Below, piece after piece: positions 28,557 through 37,764 of a stretch of 64,000 nt of DNA (its first letter is position 1; each line of letters opens with the position of its first letter). A program made the translations under genes and the position numbers. The DNA comes from an uncultured Flavobacteriaceae bacterium (GTDB lineage Bacteria; Bacteroidota; Bacteroidia; AKYH767-A; OLB10): assembly GCA_964432885.1 (NCBI GenBank), contig CAYSPG010000001.1, positions 8,619 to 72,618 on the forward strand, in the 5' to 3' direction. The notes beneath the pieces are model-generated. The model was not told the DNA's origin. It did not search any database and saw nothing but the letters and a program-made list of their open reading frames with translations.

Positions 28557-30089
28557 TTATGCGTTTTTTACTTCTTCTACTAATTTTATTCGGTCAATAA
28601 ATTCAAAGCAAGTTACAAATGCGCCAATAGTAACTCCTAAAATGCCGTGAAAGATAAGGTTTTGTCCTGTTAAATATAAATTGGGTATGCGTGTTTTTGG
28701 ATTTATAAACGAACGTAAAGGGTTATTGTTATCCTTTAAAATTCCATACATGCTTCCATCGTAATTGCCAATGTAATCGCGAAAAGTAAGGGGTGTACTG
28801 CTGTGTACACTTTTTATTTTGGTTCTTATACCCGGAAAAACTTCTTCTAACTTTTCCAATACCCTTTCTTCCTTTTCTTTTTTAAATTTTTCGTAATCAT
28901 CACCGCGCTCACTTTTTTGTGCTACTGTATTAAATGTGTTACTCCATTTTTGCGTTTCGTTAATGCTCATATATGTCATTACACTCATACAGGTGGCCCA
29001 CTCATCACTTTTGGCCGATGCAGGGGTGGCTATAAAAAATCCTTCGGGCCATATCTTCTGGTCGTAATCTATACCCGACCATACATCATCAACACCATAA
29101 TAGTAGATGTTGTAATTTAAGTATGGAAACGAATTTTTATGAAACGTAACGTGTACTGTAAAAGATGACAACGTGTTTTCCAACGACTTTACACGTTTGG
29201 TATATGCTTTTAAAAAGCGGCTTTCACCAAACACATCAATGGTGGCAGAAGGATGAAAGTTTGAAATAAATTTTTTGCCGCGCACTTTTTCGCCATCATC
29301 AAGTACTGTTTCTTTTATACTTCCATCATCATTGTATGTAGCCCCAACAACATGCTTGCGTTTAAAAATTTCACCACCAAGTTCGCGTATATTATGCGCC
29401 ATAATGTTGGCAATGTGCGAGCCTCCGTCAACCACACGGTACGACCCTGTGATGTAACTGTTTAAAATTAACGCATGCACATACAGCGGTGTTTTGTCTT
29501 TTACACCTGCATATAACGGATTGCTTCCTGCCAGCACGTTTTGCAGCCGCACATTATTGGTAATGGAAGCAATGTAGTCGTAACAATTTATTTCGCGCAT
29601 ACCGCCATCATTCAGGTAATCTTCGTGCGATTTCATGTGCTGCAAATTATACAGCGGAAACTGGCTGCACACTTCGCGTATTTTATCACAAAAGGTAACA
29701 ATAGCTTTTTCTTCGTCAGGAAAATCGTTTACCAGCGATGCGATAAAACGAGGATATCCTTGTGCATGTTTGTATTTTTTGCCGTCATAAAATTGTATCA
29801 CATCATATCCGTCATCGTCCATGCGTTTTAACTTTAGCTTGCCCCACAGGCCAAAGTATTTAAAAAACTTATTCAGGTTTTCGCCCTCATCAAGGCTGCC
29901 TATGTAGTGCACCCCTGTATCAAACACACACTTATCGCGGCTAAATACCTGCAGGTTTCCGCCCAGTTGATTGTTTTTTTCGAGCACACACACACTGTAG
30001 CCGTGCTTGGCCAAAATATATGCGCAGCCAAGCCCGCCAAGGCCGCTGCCAATTATTACAAAGTCAAATTCTTTATCGGAAACGTTCAT
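28557..30089 (-). CDS. phytoene-desaturase-family NAD(P)/FAD-dependent oxidoreductase (CrtI-like)
   Basis: FDFVIIGSGLGGLGCAYILAKHGYSVCVLEKNNQLGG Rossmann motif; 510 aa. Its stop lies 1 nt from the start of the next gene. Confidence 0.7.
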   Translation of the reverse strand: MNVSDKEFDFVIIGSGLGGLGCAYILAKHGYSVCVLEKNNQLGGNLQVFSRDKCVFDTGVHYIGSLDEGENLNKFFKYFGLWGKLKLKRMDDDGYDVIQFYDGKKYKHAQGYPRFIASLVNDFPDEEKAIVTFCDKIREVCSQFPLYNLQHMKSHEDYLNDGGMREINCYDYIASITNNVRLQNVLAGSNPLYAGVKDKTPLYVHALILNSYITGSYRVVDGGSHIANIMAHNIRELGGEIFKRKHVVGATYNDDGSIKETVLDDGEKVRGKKFISNFHPSATIDVFGESRFLKAYTKRVKSLENTLSSFTVHVTFHKNSFPYLNYNIYYYGVDDVWSGIDYDQKIWPEGFFIATPASAKSDEWATCMSVMTYMSINETQKWSNTFNTVAQKSERGDDYEKFKKEKEERVLEKLEEVFPGIRTKIKSVHSSTPLTFRDYIGNYDGSMYGILKDNNNPLRSFINPKTRIPNLYLTGQNLIFHGILGVTIGAFVTCFEFIDRIKLVEEVKNA

Positions 30090-30372
30090 TAATTATACCA
30101 ACTCCTCAAAAGGTAAATAAATGTTACAAAACATATTGAAACAGGGTGCTAAGATAAGGAAAGGTTTTTTTTTGGGGGGAGGAGATAAAATTTTGGAAGC
30201 GGTAATAGAAGAAACGATAAAATTACTTTATATCTACATATAGGTAAATACTTTGACTTTTATTGTATCTTTAAAAAGATTATTTTTACATAAACTTTGT
30301 GGTAAAAAGCTAACATCAATCAATGTAAGGCATAACAAAGAAAGTTTAGTATAATTATTAAATTATTTTATT

Positions 30373-31227
30373 ATGAAAAAACTGTTTCTGCTACTTGTAA
30401 CAATAATTGCATCCAATGCATGCTTGTCGCAAATAACATTAGATTCTGCATTAACAAATAGATACTCACTTATTAAGCTTGAAAAATCGGGATATAAATA
30501 TTATGAGTTTAATCAAAGCGCAATAGTTCTGCTTAATCTTGATTTTACAGTTTTCAAACAGTTTACAATTATTTATATGGCAGGAACTAACCCACTTGCC
30601 GCTGAGGTATTATATATTACCGAAGCATTATTTGATACCGACAGTACAGATATTGAATATTTATTGGCTTATAATAACAACAACCCAGTACTTCATTACA
30701 CTGCTGTATATGATGAAACCGGCTCTCAGTTGTTTTATGCACCCAATACATACATTAGCCTCCCTGCGGCTTTGGGTATGCCTCTATCCTTTTATTCGCC
30801 TAATTATCTTTTTGCTCCAATACAGAATACAACACTTGGTACAAAACTTATTCTTACCAAAGATACTGTACCATATGGTTGTGAAATTTATAATTTGCCA
30901 GGTACATTGCCTTGTAATGAATGTAGTGGTAGCGGTATTGTAAATGCGGTGCATCAAATAAACAGCGATAAAAGCAATGGTTTGTTTATGTTATCTCCTA
31001 ACCCATTTTCAAAAGCTATTTCTGTAAATTATGATTTTCCTGATTCTGCATATAAAGGATATATTGTCGTTGTAGATAATTTAGGCAATCAGGTAAAAAA
31101 AATATCAGTGATTGGGTCATCAGGTACCTTACAAATAAATTGCGAGGAACTTAAAACTGGTATGTATCTTTTTGAATTGTTTTCTGAAAAAGGGTTCAGG
31201 TCAGGAAAAAAAGTTATTAAACTTTAA
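30373..31227 (+). CDS. secreted protein with T9SS C-terminal sorting domain
   Basis: Signal peptide. C-terminal LSPNPFSKAISVNY…GMYLFELF. Confidence 0.65.
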   Translation: MKKLFLLLVTIIASNACLSQITLDSALTNRYSLIKLEKSGYKYYEFNQSAIVLLNLDFTVFKQFTIIYMAGTNPLAAEVLYITEALFDTDSTDIEYLLAYNNNNPVLHYTAVYDETGSQLFYAPNTYISLPAALGMPLSFYSPNYLFAPIQNTTLGTKLILTKDTVPYGCEIYNLPGTLPCNECSGSGIVNAVHQINSDKSNGLFMLSPNPFSKAISVNYDFPDSAYKGYIVVVDNLGNQVKKISVIGSSGTLQINCEELKTGMYLFELFSEKGFRSGKKVIKL

Positions 31228-31240
31228 AATCAAAGTTGGT

Positions 31241-31502
31241 TTGGCCTTCAATCATTCATATCCCGTAATTTCTTTTTTGTTCTCCGTACCTTCAGGGTCT
31301 TCCGGTTCTTACGGAGACCCTGAAGCATTCGGAGACGTGAACACCAACTTACCACTGCTGCAACCTAAAGTCGTCAACCGTATATTTCCCGGGGCGAAGA
31401 CCCTGAAGGTACTGAATATTAAACCTAAAATATTTTTACGATACAAAAACCGCTCAGCCTTTTTGGCCAACCATTCACATCCCGTAATTTCTTTTTTGTT
31501 CT
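31241..31502. repeat. composite element: ~40-bp direct repeats flanking a hairpin-rich core
   Basis: Direct-repeat core 31253-31283 vs 31472-31502 (30/31 identical). Perfect 17-bp inverted repeat 31286-31302 / 31396-31412. Local hairpin 31290-31300 / 31315-31325. Confidence 0.85.
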
Positions 31503-31693
31503 AAAATATATTTAACCACAGCCTGCTCCAGGCTTTGGTGCCTAAAGTCCCAATACGCCTGGCGTGTATCTCCTTCAGCATTGGTAATGTTAACCTTATA
31601 GTACGCATTCATGGTATCGGTTATATCATAGGTTTCAACTATGTATTTGTATTTGCGTTTGCTGTAAATAATGTGTCCTTTTATTAACGACAT
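31475..31693 (-). CDS. hypothetical small protein (72 aa)
   Basis: ATG-started ORF. Its last 9 codons and stop lie inside the second direct repeat. No motif recognised. Confidence 0.35.
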   Translation of the reverse strand: MSLIKGHIIYSKRKYKYIVETYDITDTMNAYYKVNITNAEGDTRQAYWDFRHQSLEQAVVKYILEQKRNYGM

Positions 31694-31769
31694 GATTGTA
31701 ATACTGTTATTTGTTTGCCTGCAAAAAATAGTATTTTTTTTAATGCCGTGTTTTGCAATGTATGGCTGC

Positions 31770-32165
31770 TTAGTGCAACATCTGTTTTTTTCTGTTCAAA
31801 AAATACAATATAGCCAATGATATAGCACACATTATTAAAGCGCTTATCATTAATGTATTTTCTTTTTGTAAAAAACCAATAACAAAATCGCCAATAAACA
31901 TTACCAAAAAGAAAAGGTAAGCAAGGGTTAGCATGGCTGTTGATTTTTTTAAGGTTGCAACACCAAAAATTACACCCAGCGCAAACTGGCGTGTGGCCCA
32001 CATATAAACAATATACATAACGCCTTTGCCGGTTAGGTCAGCGGTTTCTAAAACCGATTGTGGCGAAATGCATAGCGAAACGCTTACCATTAGTTCCATT
32101 AATGCAAATATGCCCGATACTATAAGTATCCATGAAGGCACTGTTTTGTTTTCTGCTGTCATCAT
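31770..32165 (-). CDS. small integral membrane protein (about 4 TM helices)
   Basis: Four hydrophobic segments. Starts 38 nt after the stop of the 1280-aa gene on the same strand. Confidence 0.5.
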   Translation of the reverse strand: MMTAENKTVPSWILIVSGIFALMELMVSVSLCISPQSVLETADLTGKGVMYIVYMWATRQFALGVIFGVATLKKSTAMLTLAYLFFLVMFIGDFVIGFLQKENTLMISALIMCAISLAILYFLNRKKQMLH

Positions 32166-32203
32166 TTTGTTTTTATTAAGTGGTGTTATATCTGTGTGGT
32201 GCT

Positions 32204-35200
32204 TTATAACTCAAGTCGGTTTTTTATTAGCACAAACAACACATTAGACGTTTTTTTGCTTTGCTCATGCATTTGGCAGCTAAGGTTATTTTTTGCTGCA
32301 AATGTTTTTATAAACTCAGTATTAAAAAAGTGCAAAGGGTTTTTGTTTTTGTTAAAGCCCATGATGCGGGTTGAAAATAATTCGGTAAGCTTTGTGTTTT
32401 TATGGCGGTGGCTTAAATCGGTAATGCCATCACGTATAAGTATTAATCCATCATCAGTTAATGCATCGGCACATTTTTGCAACACAAGGTTTTGGTTTTC
32501 GGCTGTCAGGTAATGCAGTATGTCGTTAAGTAAAATAACGTCTTGCTTTTCGGTAAACTCATATTGGGTTATATCGGCCTGCGCAAATTGCAGGTTGGTG
32601 GTTTTGTCAAAACCATTTTGTGCAATGGCAATTTTTTCTTCATCATAGTCAAGCCCTGTAATTATTCTATCCTCATTTTTATAATGAAGGTAGTAGGGCA
32701 GGTAGCCGTAGCCGCATCCAATGTCGGTAATGTTTTTTCGGTTGGCAATAAGTTGGTTGTAATGTTCAAAGTTTTTTTGCTCCAGTTTCCATTTAATGCG
32801 CACATACCATTCAAGCACGGGGCCTTTATAAATGTAGTTTTGAAAAACCCTGTCCCATAAAAAAGCGGTGGTTTCTCTTTGTTGTGTAAATTTTTTATGC
32901 TCATCTTTAAAGTAACCCGAAATACTTTTTGTGCGTTCCTGGTATGTAGTGCCCCATGTTGTGTCATCATGTTTAATGCGTGGCAAAATTTTAAGGTTGC
33001 ATTCACCATGCTTTACTAAATATTCGCCTTTGGGCAATGTATAATTTACACCTTGCAATAAAACAGGAGTAATATCTAATTGCAATTGCTGCGCAAGCGC
33101 AAATGCGCCTTTGTGAAAACGCTTTATGCTGCCATCTTCACTGCGAGTGCCTTCAGGAAAAATCATGATGGAGTACCCATCGGCAATGCGCTGTTTAATT
33201 ATTTCAAGATTTTGTTCAGCCCCTGTTTCGGTGTAAACATACCCGGCATGTCGCACAAAAATTCCCATCAATGGTGATTTATAAACCCAGTCTTTTACCA
33301 TCAATACAATTTTTGGGTTAAGCATTATCATTAAAAGTATATCCAAAAAACTAGAGTGGTTGGCTATGATGATGGATGGTTTTGATACATCCAGGTTGTG
33401 TTTATCAAAAATTTGTTTTTTAACATGCAAATCAAAATACATTACGCTCCATCCAAATGCCGAAATGCAACAGTTAAGCATGTAAATTTTTTTCTTTTTT
33501 GGAACAGGAAGTATAAGCAGCACAAATCCTATCACATAAAAAAACAAACATGCAACTGTAAAGTAAGTAAACTCAAATACCGAATAAATAAAAGTAAAAA
33601 GCGAAACGGGTGTTTTCTTTTTTTCGATGCGGTGTTGCACAAAAAAGTTGAAAAGTGTGGTTTGAAATACCAATGACAAAAACAAAATGGTAACAATACC
33701 CAGTACACTTATAGCAGCAACAGAATGGATGGCAGGATGCTTTGCAAAAAACAAAACGCCTGTGCCCACCAATGTGCTAAATGCAGAAAGCACAATGGCC
33801 GACTTAAATGAATTGAGCGAGTCCTTTCCAAACTTGTATTTGTTTAGCAAGCCGTCAGTAACAAATATGCAGTAATCGTCACCCAGCCCAAAAATAAAAG
33901 TAGCTATTACCACATTTACAAAGTTAAACTGAATGTTGGCCATAGCTGCAATGCCCAAAATCCATATCCAGCTTATAAGCATAGGCAAAAAAGTGAGGAG
34001 CGTAATTTCAAGCCTGCCATATATCAGCAGCATGGTGCAAAAAACAATAAGCGATGAAGTAAGCAGCAGGTAATTAAAATCGTTTTCAACCATTGTAAGC
34101 ATTGACGAAGCGGTTTCTGAACGGTCGAAGATTTTTATGCCGTTTACCGCACGCAACTGCGCTTTTACATTTTCCAAATTTTTTTGAGAAACTACTATGG
34201 TTGAAATAAACTGTGTTTGTCCGTTGGATCTGTCAACCAAATTATCTAATCCTGTGCGAGCAGCCAGCGAATCGGCATTTTGTTCAGTTAAATATTCGCG
34301 GTTAACCCAATTATAAAAATTTGAAAACGCTGCTGTGCTTATCCCTAAACTATCAGCCGTATGCAATGAAACAGTTTGCATGTTTTCTTTTCGCTGCTGC
34401 CAAAATAAATGCCATTGCAGTTCACACTTTGCCTTAATGCTATCGGGTATATAAAATGGCGCTGCAGAAACAAAACTTTTTATTTCATTTTTCTTTTTAA
34501 GCGATACTAACTTTTGGTATGCGGCAAAGTTTGTTGCGGCTGCATAATTGTAGTTTGCATCATTGGCAAACAAATAAATTTTCTTTTCAAATTTGGGATT
34601 GATTCCGGTAAGTTCTTCTTCTTTATTTTTTAAATCGGTGGTGTGATAGCTAAGGTTATCAAGGTCGCTGTCAAATTTTATGTTCTTTGACTTTTGGTAA
34701 AAAAAAACCGTAAGCACACCAACCACTGCAAGCGTAATAAACCTGAATTTGCCCGAAACTTTAGGAAGGTTAAAAAACGAAAATTCTCGCGGCATGCTTT
34801 GGTAATTAAAGCCTGTAATTTTTAAAATAACGGGCAAACCCGTAAGTGTAAAAACTGCTGCTGCCGATAGTGCTATGGCAGCAAACATTCCAAAATCCTT
34901 AAGAACCTGCGAATTTGTAAACATGAGTGCACAAAAAGCAGTAATGGTGGTAAAACTGCCGGTAAGCAATGGCGCACTCATTTCTTTTATAGCAATGTTT
35001 AATGAGCGTGTGTGTCGTACATGAGTAAAAAAATGAAATGAATAGTCAAGAATAATTCCAATAAGCACTGCAGAAGTTGCAAGGGATATAGCCGAAATTT
35101 GCGGACGCCAAAAACCAATAATGCCCAAAGCAAGGCATGCACCAAATACGCTTGGAAGCAAAAAATAAAACGGGATTAAAATTTTTCTGTAATAAACAAC

Positions 35201-36046
35201 CAGCGTAATAAGTATAATTACCAGAGTGGCAATAACGGTAATAGAAGTATCTTGTTTAACACGCAACGCATTTTCAGCCGCGATTTGAAAAGTGCCAAAA
35301 AAATCCAATGCATATTGAGAATAGTTTTTATTCCATCGGGCTTTAAAATCATTAAGCTTGTTGTACAGCAATACATTGTTTTGTGAATTGCCTGCTTCAA
35401 AATTTGTTTTGGCAGTAACAATGATTTTTGATTTGTCTTTTGAAAAAACAATACCGTCTTCAACCAACACTTCTTGTGTGTTATTTACTTCGCCAAGTTC
35501 TTTAAAAAAGTTTCCGGTGATGAAAAGAGGATCGTTAAGGATAAATTTTTTTATAAATGCGCTGCCCGGTGAAGTTAACTGCCTGTATGCCGAAGCCACC
35601 GATTCGCGAATAGAATCGTTGATTAGTTTTTTTTCAATCTGATGGTAATAGGAAGTGTCAATAAGTACGGGAAAATGGTTGTAATAAAAAGTATATACTT
35701 CTTCTTCAACATCAGGGCGTGTTATTATAATATCAGTTAACAAATCGTCTGTTGAATGTGTAAGTACGGTTTTTAGCGTATCTAAAAGCTCAGCCAGCGA
35801 ATCGGCATCGTAAACGGCAGGCACATTAACCGAAAAAACTACCTGGTTAATGATGTTTTTGGTTTCGATAAGTTTATTAAACTGTTCAAACTCTTTTGCT
35901 TTAGGCAAAGAAGAAAAAATGCTCTCGTTTACCTGCAGTTTTGATATTCCGATGCCGCAAACGACAAAAAAGGCTACAAGGCAAACCAGAAAAGCAGCCT
36001 TATGCCGTACCCAAAAATCATTAAATTTTACAATGAAAGTTCCCAA
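32204..36046 (-). CDS. trifunctional fusion: MMPL/RND-type transporter + lysophospholipid (PlsC-type) acyltransferase + class I SAM-dependent methyltransferase
   Basis: About 12 TM helices in two MMPL-like blocks. HX4D acyltransferase motif NHSSFLD (33341-33358) and FPEGTRS (33140-33160). Methyltransferase motif I DIGCGYGY (32702-32725). TTG is the only available start. Confidence 0.8.
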   Translation of the reverse strand: MGTFIVKFNDFWVRHKAAFLVCLVAFFVVCGIGISKLQVNESIFSSLPKAKEFEQFNKLIETKNIINQVVFSVNVPAVYDADSLAELLDTLKTVLTHSTDDLLTDIIITRPDVEEEVYTFYYNHFPVLIDTSYYHQIEKKLINDSIRESVASAYRQLTSPGSAFIKKFILNDPLFITGNFFKELGEVNNTQEVLVEDGIVFSKDKSKIIVTAKTNFEAGNSQNNVLLYNKLNDFKARWNKNYSQYALDFFGTFQIAAENALRVKQDTSITVIATLVIILITLVVYYRKILIPFYFLLPSVFGACLALGIIGFWRPQISAISLATSAVLIGIILDYSFHFFTHVRHTRSLNIAIKEMSAPLLTGSFTTITAFCALMFTNSQVLKDFGMFAAIALSAAAVFTLTGLPVILKITGFNYQSMPREFSFFNLPKVSGKFRFITLAVVGVLTVFFYQKSKNIKFDSDLDNLSYHTTDLKNKEEELTGINPKFEKKIYLFANDANYNYAAATNFAAYQKLVSLKKKNEIKSFVSAAPFYIPDSIKAKCELQWHLFWQQRKENMQTVSLHTADSLGISTAAFSNFYNWVNREYLTEQNADSLAARTGLDNLVDRSNGQTQFISTIVVSQKNLENVKAQLRAVNGIKIFDRSETASSMLTMVENDFNYLLLTSSLIVFCTMLLIYGRLEITLLTFLPMLISWIWILGIAAMANIQFNFVNVVIATFIFGLGDDYCIFVTDGLLNKYKFGKDSLNSFKSAIVLSAFSTLVGTGVLFFAKHPAIHSVAAISVLGIVTILFLSLVFQTTLFNFFVQHRIEKKKTPVSLFTFIYSVFEFTYFTVACLFFYVIGFVLLILPVPKKKKIYMLNCCISAFGWSVMYFDLHVKKQIFDKHNLDVSKPSIIIANHSSFLDILLMIMLNPKIVLMVKDWVYKSPLMGIFVRHAGYVYTETGAEQNLEIIKQRIADGYSIMIFPEGTRSEDGSIKRFHKGAFALAQQLQLDITPVLLQGVNYTLPKGEYLVKHGECNLKILPRIKHDDTTWGTTYQERTKSISGYFKDEHKKFTQQRETTAFLWDRVFQNYIYKGPVLEWYVRIKWKLEQKNFEHYNQLIANRKNITDIGCGYGYLPYYLHYKNEDRIITGLDYDEEKIAIAQNGFDKTTNLQFAQADITQYEFTEKQDVILLNDILHYLTAENQNLVLQKCADALTDDGLILIRDGITDLSHRHKNTKLTELFSTRIMGFNKNKNPLHFFNTEFIKTFAAKNNLSCQMHEQSKKTSNVLFVLIKNRLEL

Positions 36047-36084
36047 AAGGAATTAAAATGACGAAAGATTAAAAATTAAGCGCT

Positions 36085-36092
36085 CAAAAGTA
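36085..36092 (-). promoter_or_regulatory. -7 box TActTTTG for the 1280-aa fusion gene
   Basis: Exact TAnnTTTG on the minus strand, 38 nt upstream of the TTG at 36046. Confidence 0.4.
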
Positions 36093-36102
36093 AACAAAGT
36101 AT

Positions 36103-36110
36103 TATTTTTG
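36103..36110 (+). promoter_or_regulatory. -7 box TAttTTTG for the ammonia-lyase gene
   Basis: Exact TAnnTTTG, 23 nt upstream of the ATG at 36134 and back-to-back with the divergent box at 36085-36092. Confidence 0.4.
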
Positions 36111-36133
36111 GCCACCTAAATCTGACTTTTATA

Positions 36134-37663
36134 ATGAACATGCTTTCGCTGAAGGAGATTGAAGATTACGTTTTTGAGAAAAAGAAATTTACGGTTAATA
36201 CAGAAATTTTAGAAAAAGTTTCGGAGTCATTTAACTTTTTATCCGGGTTTCATAGAGACAAAGTGATATATGGTATCAATACCGGCTTTGGCCCTATGGC
36301 TCAGTTTAAGGTTGAAAACGGTGAATTGCTTCAACTGCAATACAATTTGATAAGAAGCCACAGCAGTGGTATTGGCAATGCACTAAATGAAACGTATGCA
36401 AGGGCTGTGGTACTTGCTCGCATCAATAATTTTTTGCAGGGCAATTCAGGTGTTAATCCTGATGTGGTATCGCAGCTTGTTCAGTTTTTAAATTTAGAAG
36501 TATCACCCGAAATTTTTGAACACGGTGGAGTAGGGGCAAGTGGTGATTTGGTGCAGCTTGCTCATCTTGGCTTAAACCTTATTGGCGAAGGCTATGTGTA
36601 CGATGGCGGTATTCGCAAAAAAACAGAAGTAGTACTAGAAAACAAAAAAATAAAACCACTTCAGCTTACACTGCGCGATGGGCTTGCTATAATTAACGGC
36701 ACTTCCTGCATGACAGGCATGGGTGCCGTAAATATTATTTATGCAAACCGGCTTGTTGATTGGGCTATTGCTGCATCATCCATCATTAACGAAGTGGTTG
36801 AATCGTTTGATGATTCTTTTTCAAAAAGCCTAAACGATGTAAAACTGCATAATGGGCAGCGCGATGTAGCCAAAAAAATGAGATTGTTTTTAAAAGACAG
36901 CTCATTGATACGTGATAGAAAAGAACTTTTTGAAGATGCCCATGAAATGCAGCGCAGCGAATTCAAAAATAAAATTCAGGAATATTATTCTATTCGCTGC
37001 GTGCCTCAGATAATTGGCCCTATTGCCGATACACTTGATTATGCCGCACGTGTAATTGAAAACGAGATAAACTCAACCAACGATAACCCAGTGGTGGTTC
37101 CGTCTGAAAACAATGTTTTTCATGGTGGAAATTTTCATGGCGATTATGTATCGCTTGAAATGGATAAAGTAAAACTTGCGGTAACAAAGCTATCGGTGCT
37201 TGCCGAGCGGCAGCTAAACTTTTTAATGAATCCAAGGCTTAACAATAAGTTTCCTGCGTTTTTAAACAGCCGCAAATTGGGATTAAACTTTGGATTACAA
37301 GGAATGCAGTTTACAGCTACAAGCACCACTGCCGAAAATCAGTCGTTAAGCAATTCGGTTTATGTTCACAGCATACCAAACAACAACGATAACCAGGATG
37401 TTGTAAGCATGGGAACAAACAGTGCTGTGATTGCAAAAAAAGTAATAGAAAATTCGTTTCAGGTAATGGCAGTGCTTATGATTGCTGTAAGCCAGGCAAT
37501 AGATTTATTACCCGATGCTGAAAAAAGTAAACTCTCAACAAAAACAAAAAAACTACAACAAATTATTCGTAGCAAAGCATCCTTTATTGAAGAAGACAAA
37601 GTACAATCCGAAATAATAAAGGATGTGATGGTGATGATGAAAGAAAATAAATTTCCACTTTAA
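36134..37663 (+). CDS. aromatic amino acid ammonia-lyase (HAL/PAL/TAL family), probably a flexirubin-type tyrosine ammonia-lyase
   Basis: MIO-forming GASGDL motif. YGINTGFG, NDNP and HGGNFHG present. Selectivity region LIRSHSSGIG. Sits beside fabG/KAS and not hut genes. Confidence 0.75.
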   Translation: MNMLSLKEIEDYVFEKKKFTVNTEILEKVSESFNFLSGFHRDKVIYGINTGFGPMAQFKVENGELLQLQYNLIRSHSSGIGNALNETYARAVVLARINNFLQGNSGVNPDVVSQLVQFLNLEVSPEIFEHGGVGASGDLVQLAHLGLNLIGEGYVYDGGIRKKTEVVLENKKIKPLQLTLRDGLAIINGTSCMTGMGAVNIIYANRLVDWAIAASSIINEVVESFDDSFSKSLNDVKLHNGQRDVAKKMRLFLKDSSLIRDRKELFEDAHEMQRSEFKNKIQEYYSIRCVPQIIGPIADTLDYAARVIENEINSTNDNPVVVPSENNVFHGGNFHGDYVSLEMDKVKLAVTKLSVLAERQLNFLMNPRLNNKFPAFLNSRKLGLNFGLQGMQFTATSTTAENQSLSNSVYVHSIPNNNDNQDVVSMGTNSAVIAKKVIENSFQVMAVLMIAVSQAIDLLPDAEKSKLSTKTKKLQQIIRSKASFIEEDKVQSEIIKDVMVMMKENKFPL

Positions 37664-37729
37664 TGTCATCCACAAATTATGAATTTGTACGAATATACGA
37701 ATAGCACAAAGTAGTTTAAAACATCACTG

Positions 37730-37764
37730 TGTAAACTTTAAACCTTAAACTTCAAACTCATTTC
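37730..37764 (+). repeat. heptad-phased leader (tgtaaac tttaaac cttaaac ttcaaac tcatttc) abutting the fabG ATG
   Basis: Five in-phase 7-mers, four ending in AAAC. The ATG at 37765 follows in phase. Confidence 0.85.

Noticed and set aside
30539-30943. 134-aa same-strand alternative-frame ORF inside the T9SS gene 30373-31227
   Set aside because: The containing frame has a signal peptide and a T9SS CTD. The alternative frame has neither.
31684-32001. 105-aa minus-strand ORF overlapping 31770-32165
   Set aside because: The 131-aa frame gives a coherent 4-TM membrane protein starting just after the upstream gene. The 105-aa frame is Cys/Phe-rich with no structure.
34699-34707. A9/T9 homopolymer inside the 1280-aa fusion gene (also 21862-21870, 21893-21901, 8961-8969)
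   Set aside because: Such runs are frequent in this AT-rich sequence and all listed reading frames are intact. There is no evidence of frameshifting or phase variation from a single sequence.
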